From: Opitutia bacterium KCR 482 | GTDB lineage: Bacteria > Verrucomicrobiota > Verrucomicrobiia > Opitutales > Intestinicryptomonadaceae | Assembly (NCBI GenBank): GCA_029269845.2 | Contig: CP149973.1 | Span: 1,980,001 to 2,012,000 of the forward strand | Direction: 5' to 3' | DNA length: 32,000 nucleotides | Shown: piece after piece, positions 1 to 7,745 of the stretch | Numbering within the stretch: position 1 is the stretch's first letter | How the letters are laid out: each line of letters starts with the position of its first letter | The notes under the pieces: model-generated | What the model was told of the DNA's origin: nothing | The model's input: only the letters and a program-made list of their open reading frames with translations | Databases searched by the model: none | Position numbers and translations under genes: made by a program

Positions 1-1
1 G

Positions 2-460
2 AACAATATCCTGAAAGTAAAAAAGCTCGATATTGCGGAAATATTCAAGCCAGAAAAGTTCCAAGATGAAAAGGTATTAACCGCTACAGCAAGCGACGGA
101 AAAGAAGTTGTGATTGTCCGTAGTAGAACTGTCGATATTTCAGACAACGCCGACGAGCCGAAAATAGAAAGCTTTCCCGAAGAAAACGTTAAGATTGACG
201 AACCCACATCCGACAATGATTGGAAGAATCTAAACATCGGCACGCGAAAATCTCGATGGATAGCGCAACTAATCGAGAAGATGAAATCCGAACCGTTTAC
301 TGGGCAATTCATCGAGAAAGTCGGCGAGAGAAAATTTGTCGAACAGGTTTTGAGGGATACAAATTCCAAACGTCGCGGAGGAAAAGTTTACAGTTCCATC
401 GAAACCGCAATGACAACTTGGAATTCCCGCATTATGAAAGGATTCGGCTATGCCGAGTAA
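2..460 (+). CDS. hypothetical phage protein, 5' end cut by window edge
   Basis: The frame of track ORF 110..460 stays open with no stop back to nt 2, so the GTG at 110 is probably internal. No family motif recognised. Confidence 0.4.
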   Translation, partial: NNILKVKKLDIAEIFKPEKFQDEKVLTATASDGKEVVIVRSRTVDISDNADEPKIESFPEENVKIDEPTSDNDWKNLNIGTRKSRWIAQLIEKMKSEPFTGQFIEKVGERKFVEQVLRDTNSKRRGGKVYSSIETAMTTWNSRIMKGFGYAE

Positions 461-803
461 TAATTTCTACCACATATTTTGCACTGCCGGCGAACGCGTA
501 ATATACGAAGGGCGTTTCCAATGTCCTTCAAGAAAAGCCGCAATAACGCTCTTGCGCGAAAAGGTCGGACGACGAAATTTATCGGGCTTAACGTATTCCA
601 TAACGGAAATCCCCGTCGATATAATCAAGGAAGTTGTCGATTCGATAATCAATAAGAAGCCCGTTCCCGAAGGCGACATTATCACACACGACAAAACAAA
701 ATCAATCCCGCCAGCTGGGTTTGCTTCGATAATTTGCAATAAACGCAATCCAATGGCGGCGCACGGAATTGCCAATACAAGGAGAAGGCTTGGAGGGTTT
801 TGA
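450..803 (+). CDS. hypothetical protein
   Basis: 117-aa ORF. Its start overlaps the stop of the upstream ORF and its stop overlaps the next ATG (operon-style packing). No recognisable motif. Confidence 0.4.
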   Translation: MPSNNFYHIFCTAGERVIYEGRFQCPSRKAAITLLREKVGRRNLSGLTYSITEIPVDIIKEVVDSIINKKPVPEGDIITHDKTKSIPPAGFASIICNKRNPMAAHGIANTRRRLGGF

Positions 804-1219
804 TGAAATACCTTCTCGACCTAAACCAGACGCTTGTCGACCGCGAGAAAGACGCGCCGAGAATTCGACCGTTCGAGCTTCAAATTGAGCGCGAAACATA
901 CCGCCAGTGGCTCGTTGAAATCTTGCGAAATAGCTATGTAATTCTGATAACGGCGCGCCCCGTAAAATACAAACAAATGACACTCGAGCGGATTTTGGCA
1001 CTCACAAATTGGCAGCCTCGGGAAGCGTATTTCGCGGAAATTAAAACGCTCCCACACCTAAAAAAGGAACATCTCTTGCGCAAATACATTCTTCCAAGAT
1101 TTAACCCCGACGAGCTTTTCGGGATAGAGAGCAATCCTAAAACCCGCGCGATATATTCAAATTACGGAATAAATTCAACTCCCGCAATCGACGAAAACGG
1201 CGTCAAAATATCGCTCTAA
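803..1219 (+). CDS. HAD-like fold protein (weak), paralog A of a duplicated gene
   Basis: The ATG at 803 overlaps the upstream TGA. The N-terminus MKYLLDLNQTLV resembles HAD motif I (DxDxT, with the second Asp as Asn). ILITARP resembles motif II. Clear paralog of 3373..3805 (QIERETYRxWLV, ILITARP, TNWQPxEAYFAEI, FGIESN). Confidence 0.5.
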   Translation: MKYLLDLNQTLVDREKDAPRIRPFELQIERETYRQWLVEILRNSYVILITARPVKYKQMTLERILALTNWQPREAYFAEIKTLPHLKKEHLLRKYILPRFNPDELFGIESNPKTRAIYSNYGINSTPAIDENGVKISL

Positions 1220-1220
1220 A

Positions 1221-1245
1221 TTTGACACTTCCGCCGTTATGTATG
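1221..1245 (+). promoter_or_regulatory. module-start element copy 1 (TTTGACA-N15-ATG)
   Basis: tttgacacttccgccgttatgtATG. The ATG at 1243 is in frame with the ParB-like ORF. Lies in the gap after the stop at 1219. Confidence 0.5.
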
Positions 1246-1881
1246 GCAGAAGACAAAGCACGCATTTTGGCGGACGGAATTGAAGTTTGGTGCGCCTACG
1301 ACAAACTCGTAAAGGTTGACGAACTCATTCCCCACCCGAAAAATCCAAATACCCACCCGCAAAACCAGATAAAGATTCTGGCGCAAAATATCCGCTACCA
1401 CGGCTGGCGGCACCCGATTGTAGTTTCAAAGCTTTCGGGCTATATTGTGGCTGGGCACGGCAGACTCGAAGCCGCAAAAGAATTGGGCGTTTCAATCGTT
1501 CCCGTGGAGTTTCAAAAATTTTCTTCCGAAGACAACGAACTTGCCGTTCTTGTCGGCGACAACCGCTTGGCGGAGCTTTCGTCGCTCGACTTAAACGGGC
1601 TTCAAGACATCGTAGACGGCTTCAAGGAAACGAGCTTCGATACAATCTTAGCAGGCTTTGAACCCACCGATTTGAACGCTCTTCTTGGCGAAAAAACTCC
1701 CGATTTTAAAGACGAAGCCGAAAAGGAGCTTACCCAGTCGGAAGTCACAATTCAGGCTGGGAACTACCGATTCCGCATAAGTCAGGAAGATTTCGGGGTA
1801 TGGATTGACAAGTTAAAGCAGGAAGTCGGGTTCGACAAGGAATCGGTAATTGCGGAACTTCGCAGGAGGCTTTCCATATGA
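1243..1881 (+). CDS. ParB-like N-terminal (ParB/Srx nuclease-like) domain protein
   Basis: LIPHPKNPNTHP...HGWRHPIVVS...YIVAGHGRLEAAKELG matches the ParB/sulfiredoxin signature (GHxR box). Start placed at the ATG inside the repeated element rather than the track's TTG at 1222. Confidence 0.75.
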   Translation: MAEDKARILADGIEVWCAYDKLVKVDELIPHPKNPNTHPQNQIKILAQNIRYHGWRHPIVVSKLSGYIVAGHGRLEAAKELGVSIVPVEFQKFSSEDNELAVLVGDNRLAELSSLDLNGLQDIVDGFKETSFDTILAGFEPTDLNALLGEKTPDFKDEAEKELTQSEVTIQAGNYRFRISQEDFGVWIDKLKQEVGFDKESVIAELRRRLSI

Positions 1882-3389
1882 TAAAAATTGAGCCTCTTTC
1901 GGCGGTAAACCCGTCAACCTACAATCCGCGAACCGCCGATCCGAAGCGGCTTGATTTGATTGAGCTTTCGCTTCGCAAATTGGGATTTATCGCGCCCATT
2001 TACGCCGACGCAAACGGCGAAATTCTTTCGGGACACCAACGCCATTTTGTGGCAACGCGAATGGGCGTGAAAAACGTTCCCGTTTTCAGAATCCCGCCGA
2101 TGGAATTGGATAAGCGCAAGGCGTTGAACATAGTCTTTAACCGCGCCACAAACGACGGCGATATTTGCCAGACACCCGAAAAGGCTAAGCGCATTTTGGA
2201 AAGTCTAAATCTCTCGGAACTCGCCGAAAATATTCAAGACAAGGAGCTGGAGAGCAAGGAATTTTTCCGTTGCGCTTATCCTGCCAATGTGTCGGTGGCA
2301 AAACTTTGCAAGATAAATTCTGGCAGATGGATTCAATACGCAAAGAGTATTGCAAGGACTCTCCGCAAGGCTGGCATTATTATGCCGATAGTCTGTACTC
2401 CCGACGGCAAGGTTATAAACGGTATTGGGCGTTTGGAAATGCTCGCCGAACTCAAGGCGGATACTTGTGATGTTGTATATATTTCAGAGGAAGAAGCCAA
2501 ATTCGCGGACGCTATGATGAACCTGCTTACGATGGAATTCGACATTCACACGCGCTACGCCGATTTGCTTCGCTATAATTCGTTCCGACGCGCCCGCAGA
2601 GTTCGCGAAGAGTTGGGGCACGGCTTTGTGTTTGCCGTTCACGGCAACAAGCCCTGCCATAGTTTCGATATTTTCGACAACTCGCAACAGGCGAAATGGC
2701 GCAGAGAACACGGCAATTCCATTCTCGATTTCGGCGCGGGACACCTTACGGAGACAAATATTTTGAAGTCCGCGGGCTTTGATTGCGTTCCGTTTGAGCC
2801 GTATCACATAAGCGTTTCGGAAATCGACAAAGAAAAGTCCTTGGCAATATCGAGAGATTTCCTGAAAGCCGTCGGAGATGGCAAGGATTTTACGAGCGTG
2901 TTTATTTCAAGCGTATTAAATTCCGTTCCGTTCGCAAGGGATAGAGAGCACATAGTCTGCATATGCGCGGCATTGTGCCGACCTTTCACAAAGCTTTACG
3001 CCTGCGCTTCGTCAACGGCGGAGACTGGTTATAGGCAGGTAAACGGCAAGGCCTTTCATAATGAGTCGAATGCGGGTAATATCGCATTTAGACTTGAATA
3101 CGAATCGGGAGTTCGTATTGGCGATTTTCAGGACAAGCCGAAAGTTCAGAAATACCACACAAAAAAGGAATTCTACGAACTCTTTTCTCCGTTTTTTAGA
3201 AATGTTCAGATTTCGGAAATGACAGGCAACGTAAACGCCAAGTGCGAAAATGTAAGGCGCATTCCGTGGGAACGCCTCGAAGAAGCATTGAGATTTGAGT
3301 TTGACCTCCCGTATCCTGACGGTAGCCGTATGGGATTGGTAGACGAGGCAATTTCGGCATTCAAGCACCGCTATGAAATACTTGGTTGA
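1878..3389 (+). CDS. ParB-like domain(s) fused to a class I SAM-dependent methyltransferase
   Basis: N-terminus: NPRT...GEILSGHQRHFVATRMG (ParB GHxR box). A second degenerate ParB-like segment follows (IVCTPDGKVINGIGRLEMLAEL). C-terminus: ILDFGAGHL (SAM motif I), then VPFEP (acidic motif II) and VFISSVLNSVP. No DPPY/SPPY-type amino-methyltransferase motif seen. Confidence 0.7.
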   Translation: MIKIEPLSAVNPSTYNPRTADPKRLDLIELSLRKLGFIAPIYADANGEILSGHQRHFVATRMGVKNVPVFRIPPMELDKRKALNIVFNRATNDGDICQTPEKAKRILESLNLSELAENIQDKELESKEFFRCAYPANVSVAKLCKINSGRWIQYAKSIARTLRKAGIIMPIVCTPDGKVINGIGRLEMLAELKADTCDVVYISEEEAKFADAMMNLLTMEFDIHTRYADLLRYNSFRRARRVREELGHGFVFAVHGNKPCHSFDIFDNSQQAKWRREHGNSILDFGAGHLTETNILKSAGFDCVPFEPYHISVSEIDKEKSLAISRDFLKAVGDGKDFTSVFISSVLNSVPFARDREHIVCICAALCRPFTKLYACASSTAETGYRQVNGKAFHNESNAGNIAFRLEYESGVRIGDFQDKPKVQKYHTKKEFYELFSPFFRNVQISEMTGNVNAKCENVRRIPWERLEEALRFEFDLPYPDGSRMGLVDEAISAFKHRYEILG

Positions 3390-3805
3390 TTTAAACTACA
3401 CGCTTGTGGGAAATTCCCCGAAATGGGGAGAACCGCGCGCGCATTACGCCGTTTTCAAAACAGATTGAACGGGAAACATACCGCAAGTGGCTTGTTGACT
3501 TTCTGCGGGATAAATACGCAATCCTTATTACTGCGCGTCCTATTCGATACAAAGAACAAACGCTTGAAAGGATTTTCTCTCAGACAAATTGGCAACCGCA
3601 GGAAGCATATTTTGCGGAAATTTCCGCTACCCCTCCCGAAATCAAAAAAGACCTATTGTTGCGGTATATTTTCCCGAAACACGGCAAAAATAGCGCGGAC
3701 TTCTTCGGAATTGAAAGCAATCTGAAAACGCGGGCGATGTATGAACGATATGGAATAAAATCATTAAGCGAAAAAGATTTTAGAAATATCGTAAACCTCC
3801 GATAA
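3373..3805 (+). pseudogene. HAD-like paralog B, interrupted by a +1 frame change near 3410-3440
   Basis: The ATG at 3373 encodes MKYLVDLNYTLV, homologous to the paralog A N-terminus, but that frame stops at 3466-3468. Homology resumes in the +1 frame (track ORF 3404..3805: RITPFSKQIERETYRKWLV...). The C4 and G4 runs in attccccgaaatgggg lie at the junction. Confidence 0.55.
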
Positions 3806-3810
3806 TGTTC

Positions 3811-3840
3811 TTGACATCTTTGAGCACTTTTGAGCATATT
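3811..3840 (+). promoter_or_regulatory. sigma70-like promoter of the toxin-antitoxin pair
   Basis: TTGACA at 3811-3816, an 18-nt spacer, then CATATT at 3835-3840. The ATGs at 3842 and 3848 follow within 1-7 nt, so the transcript would be leaderless or nearly so. No Shine-Dalgarno sequence. Confidence 0.4.
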
Positions 3841-3841
3841 C

Positions 3842-4078
3842 ATGTCTATGAAAGAAGAAACAACATTGATAAGGGCGAGAGTTGATTCTCGCAAGGCGAA
3901 GAAAGCCGAAAAGGTATTTTCACGTCTCGGATTGAAAATGTCGGATGCCATAAATATTTTCATTTCCCAAGTAGACCTTAGGGATGATTTGCCTTTTATG
4001 GTTACGACAAAACCTGAAAGATTGCTATCAAACGAAGAACAGGGTAAAATCTGGAACGAGGCTCTCGGTGAATACTAA
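3842..4078 (+). CDS. RelB/DinJ-family antitoxin
   Basis: IRARVDSRKAKKAEKVFSRLGLKMSDAINIFISQVDLRDDLPFMV matches the DinJ/RelB ribbon-helix-helix pattern. The start is ambiguous (ATG 3842 or 3848). The stop overlaps the toxin start. Confidence 0.75.
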   Translation: MSMKEETTLIRARVDSRKAKKAEKVFSRLGLKMSDAINIFISQVDLRDDLPFMVTTKPERLLSNEEQGKIWNEALGEY

Positions 4079-4397
4079 GCAAAAACCTCGGGCTGGCGAA
4101 ATATGGATTGCCGATTTAGGAATGATTGGGAAAATTCGCCCAGTTCTTATCCTTTATTATCCAAATCCCGACGATTCGCGAATGCTCGTAATTGTAGCTC
4201 CGCTTACATCGCAAATACGGGGTTGTAATGGCGAAATTGACATTACACATATCAAGTGGTTGCCCAAGCCTTCCGCAATCAATATTCAAGGATTGGCAAG
4301 CGTGGATAAAAATTGCCTTTCAAGAAAACTCGGCATTCTGCCTGCAACAGATTTTAATAATGTAAAATCTGAAATTAAAAAACTTTTGAATCTCTAA
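4068..4397 (+). CDS. MazF/PemK-family toxin (endoribonuclease-like)
   Basis: GEIWIADLG...IRPVLIL...VIVAPLTSQIRG...PSAINIQGLASVDKNCL is a PemK/MazF signature. The GTG at 4068 is in frame and overlaps the antitoxin stop by 11 nt. The track start at 3984 would add an unrelated extension inside the antitoxin gene. Confidence 0.8.
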   Translation: MNTKQKPRAGEIWIADLGMIGKIRPVLILYYPNPDDSRMLVIVAPLTSQIRGCNGEIDITHIKWLPKPSAINIQGLASVDKNCLSRKLGILPATDFNNVKSEIKKLLNL

Positions 4398-4398
4398 T

Positions 4399-4422
4399 TT
4401 TGACACTCCGCCGTCTTGTATG
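4399..4422 (+). promoter_or_regulatory. module-start element copy 2 (TTTGACA-N14-ATG)
   Basis: tttgacactccgccgtcttgtATG. The ATG at 4420 is the ORF start. Shares the CCGCCGT core with copies 1 and 6. Confidence 0.5.
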
Positions 4423-5115
4423 GAATTACATACGGACGACAGGATTATTTCGCGGCAGAGCAACTGGGTATTTGACGAGCACGTCGCTCCCGAATTCGAC
4501 AAGCACGTCAGAAAGAGCGTGCCCAACTACGTTCACGTTCAGGATTTGGCGGAGACATTTTCCGACTGGTTCACATACCCCGATTCAACGGTTGTAGACT
4601 TCGGGGCTTCCACAGGCGAAACCCTGCGCAGAATAAAACGCCGCCATTCGAAAACGCTCAATCTCATCGGTTATGACAATTCGCAGGCGATGATAAATCA
4701 GGCGAAAACAAAAGGCGTAGACATTACTTTTGCCGACCTCGAAAAGCCGTTTGTTCTGCCCAATTTTTCCTACGCGGTTTCGCTTTACACATTGCAATTT
4801 CTGCGCCCAGACGCGCGGAACGCGCTCTTAAAGCGCATATTCCACAGCATTGAAAATTGCGGCGGAATGTTCGTCGTCGAGAAAGTTCTCGGCTCTACCT
4901 CGCAAATGCAGGACATTTTGCAACAGCTCTATTGGGAAATGAAAGCAAAAAACGGCTTTTCTTCCGAGCAAATTATCAACAAGGCAAAAGCCCTGAGAGG
5001 CTGTATGTATCCCAAAACCGTAGCCGACAACGAAGCGGAATTCTGCGCTATCGGATTCAATTCGGAAATAGTTTTCAAAGAATCGCAGTTCTGCGGCTGG
5101 CTGCTCACGAAATGA
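4420..5115 (+). CDS. CmoA-family SAM-dependent enzyme (carboxy-S-adenosylmethionine synthase-like)
   Basis: Collinear by eye with recollected E. coli CmoA. [23 protein letters not shown] matches [33 protein letters not shown] is motif I. [19 protein letters not shown]...GGMFVVEK matches FTLQFLEPSERQALLDKIY...[26 protein letters not shown] matches RANGYSELEISQKRSML. Confidence 0.7.
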   Translation: [231 protein letters not shown]

Positions 5116-5130
5116 GCGGAAGTTCTGCTT

Positions 5131-6912
5131 ATGCCCCGCAACCCGCTTTCATCAATTTTAAGGGACGCTTGGACTCCCGCCGACCGCCGTGAGCCTTGGC
5201 GTTGGTGCGAAGACCACATAAAAAGCATTCCGTATTCGCCGCTTCCAGGACCTTTCAGAAGCGAAAATTCGCCGTGGATACGCGAAGTTATGGAGGCTAT
5301 CGTAGACCCGAAAATCCGCCTCGTCTCGATTATCGCCGCCGTTCAAAGCTCGAAGACTACAAGCCCCGAGCTTACGCTTTGCTACATAATCGCAAACCTT
5401 CCTGGACCTTGCCTTTGGCTCGACCAGACGGACGAGGACGCAAAAGACGAATCTGAAAGCCGCCTGCAAAAACTTTTTGAAAGCTGTGAACCAGTAAAGA
5501 AATTGTTCCCGAAAAACAAGAATAAACAGCGCAACTGCACAATCCATTTTTCAAACGGGATGACGCTTTGGCTGCTGGGCGCGTATAACAAGACCAACCT
5601 CCAACGCCGTTCAATCCGCTGGCTTTTCGGAGACGAAACTTGGCGATGGCCAGTCGGACATATGGCGGAAGCGGAGGCGCGAACTACGGCTTTCGGGTGG
5701 CTCGGCAAATGCGTATTTATGTCGCAAGGCGGAGAGGAAAACGACGACACCCACCGCAAATTTGAAACAACCGATATGCGCGAATGGCACTACAAGTGCC
5801 CCAAATGCGGCAAATACATTCCCTACAAGTGGGAAAATATTGAGTGGGACGACGACTGCAAAGACGAAAACGGCGAATACGACTTTTCAAAAATCAACCA
5901 TTCAACCGCCTTGAAATGTCCCGAATGCGGAGAATATTTTGAAGATTCCGACAGAATGAGGCGCATTCTAAACAAAGACGGAAAGTTTATCGCGCTTAAC
6001 CCAAACGCTTCAAAAGAAAACGTGGGCTTTCATTGGAATGCGCTTGCTTCGATGAGTTGGGGTAAGCTTGCCGAGCTTTACCTTCGCGCGAAAATTGCCG
6101 CGAGAAAAGGCGACAGTTCCTTGCTTCAACAATTCTACCAGAAACGTCTCGCGCTTGCTTGGAGGGAATTTGCCGAAGACTATCGCCTTGAAATCGCATC
6201 TGGCAGCTACAATTCGGGCGACGCTTGGGGCGATGAAGCGGGCTTCAACAAGCTCGGCGAAATCATCGCTCCGCCTTTTGCCGAAAACGAGGTTATCGCG
6301 CCACTTCGCATAATGTCGGTTGACGTTCAGATGAACTGCTTTTACTTGGTCGTCCGCGCTTGGAGCATTAACGGTTCGAGCCGTCTTCTATGGCACGAAA
6401 AGGTGTTGACGTGGGAAGACATAGAGGAAATCCAAAAGCGTTTTAAAATTTTGAACAACCTTGTGTTTGTCGACGCAGGGTATAATTCGTTCGAGGTATA
6501 CAAGCATTGCGGAGAACGGAATTGGATTGCGCTTATGGGCGACAACAGGGCAAACTTCTTCCACAGACTTCCGAACGGCAAGACGGTTTTGCGGTTTTAC
6601 TCTCCCGTAAAGCACATATTTATTTCGCGCTACGTTAAGTGCCGTATGCATTTTTGGAGCAACCTCAACGTAAAAGACACCTTGGCGAGAATCAGGCGAA
6701 ACCAGAATCCCGCCGACGGCGCAACTTGGGAAGTTCCGACGGATATTTCCGAAGACTATTTAAAGCAAATGGAGTCCGAACACCGCATAAAAAAGGGCAA
6801 CTCGTGGATATGGGAGCAAATCGGCAACCGACCCAACCACTACCTCGACTGTGAAGCTATGAACTGTGCAGGCGCGTTGATGTTGAAGATTGTGGGGAAT
6901 GCAGCAACTTGA
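5131..6912 (+). CDS. terminase large subunit, GpA (lambda) type
   Basis: 593 aa. P-loop-like AAVQSSKTT, Walker B-like WLFGDE, an internal CPKCG...CPECG zinc ribbon typical of GpA-family terminases, and position just upstream of gpW-like and portal genes. Confidence 0.9.
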   Translation: MPRNPLSSILRDAWTPADRREPWRWCEDHIKSIPYSPLPGPFRSENSPWIREVMEAIVDPKIRLVSIIAAVQSSKTTSPELTLCYIIANLPGPCLWLDQTDEDAKDESESRLQKLFESCEPVKKLFPKNKNKQRNCTIHFSNGMTLWLLGAYNKTNLQRRSIRWLFGDETWRWPVGHMAEAEARTTAFGWLGKCVFMSQGGEENDDTHRKFETTDMREWHYKCPKCGKYIPYKWENIEWDDDCKDENGEYDFSKINHSTALKCPECGEYFEDSDRMRRILNKDGKFIALNPNASKENVGFHWNALASMSWGKLAELYLRAKIAARKGDSSLLQQFYQKRLALAWREFAEDYRLEIASGSYNSGDAWGDEAGFNKLGEIIAPPFAENEVIAPLRIMSVDVQMNCFYLVVRAWSINGSSRLLWHEKVLTWEDIEEIQKRFKILNNLVFVDAGYNSFEVYKHCGERNWIALMGDNRANFFHRLPNGKTVLRFYSPVKHIFISRYVKCRMHFWSNLNVKDTLARIRRNQNPADGATWEVPTDISEDYLKQMESEHRIKKGNSWIWEQIGNRPNHYLDCEAMNCAGALMLKIVGNAAT

Positions 6913-6929
6913 AATAAACTAAAATTATG

Positions 6930-6956
6930 TTGACATAAATTTATATTCTTTAAAAT
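6930..6956 (+). promoter_or_regulatory. possible promoter of the DUF2513-like gene
   Basis: TTGACA at 6930-6935 and TAAAAT at 6951-6956 (only a 15-nt spacer), 8 nt before the ATG at 6965. Confidence 0.3.
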
Positions 6957-6964
6957 TTCATTTT

Positions 6965-7366
6965 ATGAAGATTGAAATTGATTACATAAAACAAATATTA
7001 GATTCTCTGGAAGATTGTGATAATAACGACTATCCATCTCTTAATTATTTGATGAAATCACTTAATATAAGTATGTCTCATGGTAGAGAAATTATAAAGC
7101 TAAGATTTCATTTAAATATTTTGAAAGATGGAGGATTCGTTGAATGTATTTCAGATGATTTTGGAATATCAACGGGAATGAATGGAGATTTAATTATAAA
7201 TTCTTCTGTTGGGACGAGAATTACGCTATTAGGAGCTCAATTATTGGAATCTTTGAAAAATGATACAATATGGAACAAATCTAAGGTGTTGTTAAAAGAA
7301 ATAAGTGTTGAAACGTTAAAACAAATTCCAGGATTAGCCTTAAATATCTTAATGTCCTTTAAATGA
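6965..7366 (+). CDS. DUF2513-like winged-helix protein (accessory gene)
   Basis: AT-rich 133-aa ORF. N-terminal IDYIKQILDSLED and central RFHLNILKDGGFVECI resemble the DUF2513 pattern (DLIRxILLxlE ... yHlxLLxeaGfI). Confidence 0.4.
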   Translation: MKIEIDYIKQILDSLEDCDNNDYPSLNYLMKSLNISMSHGREIIKLRFHLNILKDGGFVECISDDFGISTGMNGDLIINSSVGTRITLLGAQLLESLKNDTIWNKSKVLLKEISVETLKQIPGLALNILMSFK

Positions 7367-7409
7367 TCAGATTTTTGTTCGCATTTCGATAAAATGAGAT
7401 GACATGAAT

Positions 7410-7442
7410 AAGGTCGTAAGCGACTAAACCGTTTACGACCTT
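7410..7442. terminator. 10-bp hairpin after the DUF2513-like gene
   Basis: aaggtcgtaa-N13-ttacgacctt is a perfect 10-bp inverted repeat. No T-run follows, so terminator function is uncertain. Confidence 0.35.
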
Positions 7443-7466
7443 ATCCGCATCGGTATTTAGCAAATT

Positions 7467-7490
7467 TTTGACACTTGCCGAGTGTGTATG
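7467..7490 (+). promoter_or_regulatory. module-start element copy 3 (TTTGACA-N14-ATG)
   Basis: tttgacacttgccgagtgtgtATG. The ATG at 7488 is in frame with ORF 7482..7745. Confidence 0.5.
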
Positions 7491-7745
7491 TCCAATTACA
7501 TTTACACACGCGGGTATACAGTGGCGGAGCTTGAGGCTTTGCTTGTTCGGGTAAAAGCCGAAAGGGAAAAATATCTTCAATCGGCTTCAGATAGCGGAAG
7601 CTCGTATTCGCGCATAGCACTTTCGGAAATCGAGAAGAAGTTCAACGGCATAATGGACGCGTTGGAACTTCTCGCGCCCGAAAAATACCCCAAAACAAAC
7701 CGCCGAATTTTCCTAAGCGGCGTAGTCGGAGGAGTTATCCAATGA
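7488..7745 (+). CDS. gpW-like head-tail joining protein
   Basis: About 85 aa, sitting between GpA terminase and portal as lambda W does. Helical N-terminus (AELEALLVRVKAEREKYL) with a basic tail. The stop overlaps the portal ATG (ATGA). Confidence 0.45.
   Translation: MSNYIYTRGYTVAELEALLVRVKAEREKYLQSASDSGSSYSRIALSEIEKKFNGIMDALELLAPEKYPKTNRRIFLSGVVGGVIQ

Noticed and set aside
3984-4067. Track start (ATG 3984) for the MazF-like toxin
   Set aside because: It would add 28 residues encoded entirely inside the antitoxin gene, with no MazF homology. The in-frame GTG at 4068 gives the canonical N-terminus just before GEIWIADLG.
5158-5759. Minus-strand ORFs inside the terminase gene (5158..5547, 5382..5759)
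   Set aside because: They are antisense to a high-confidence gene and have no motifs. They are shadow ORFs.
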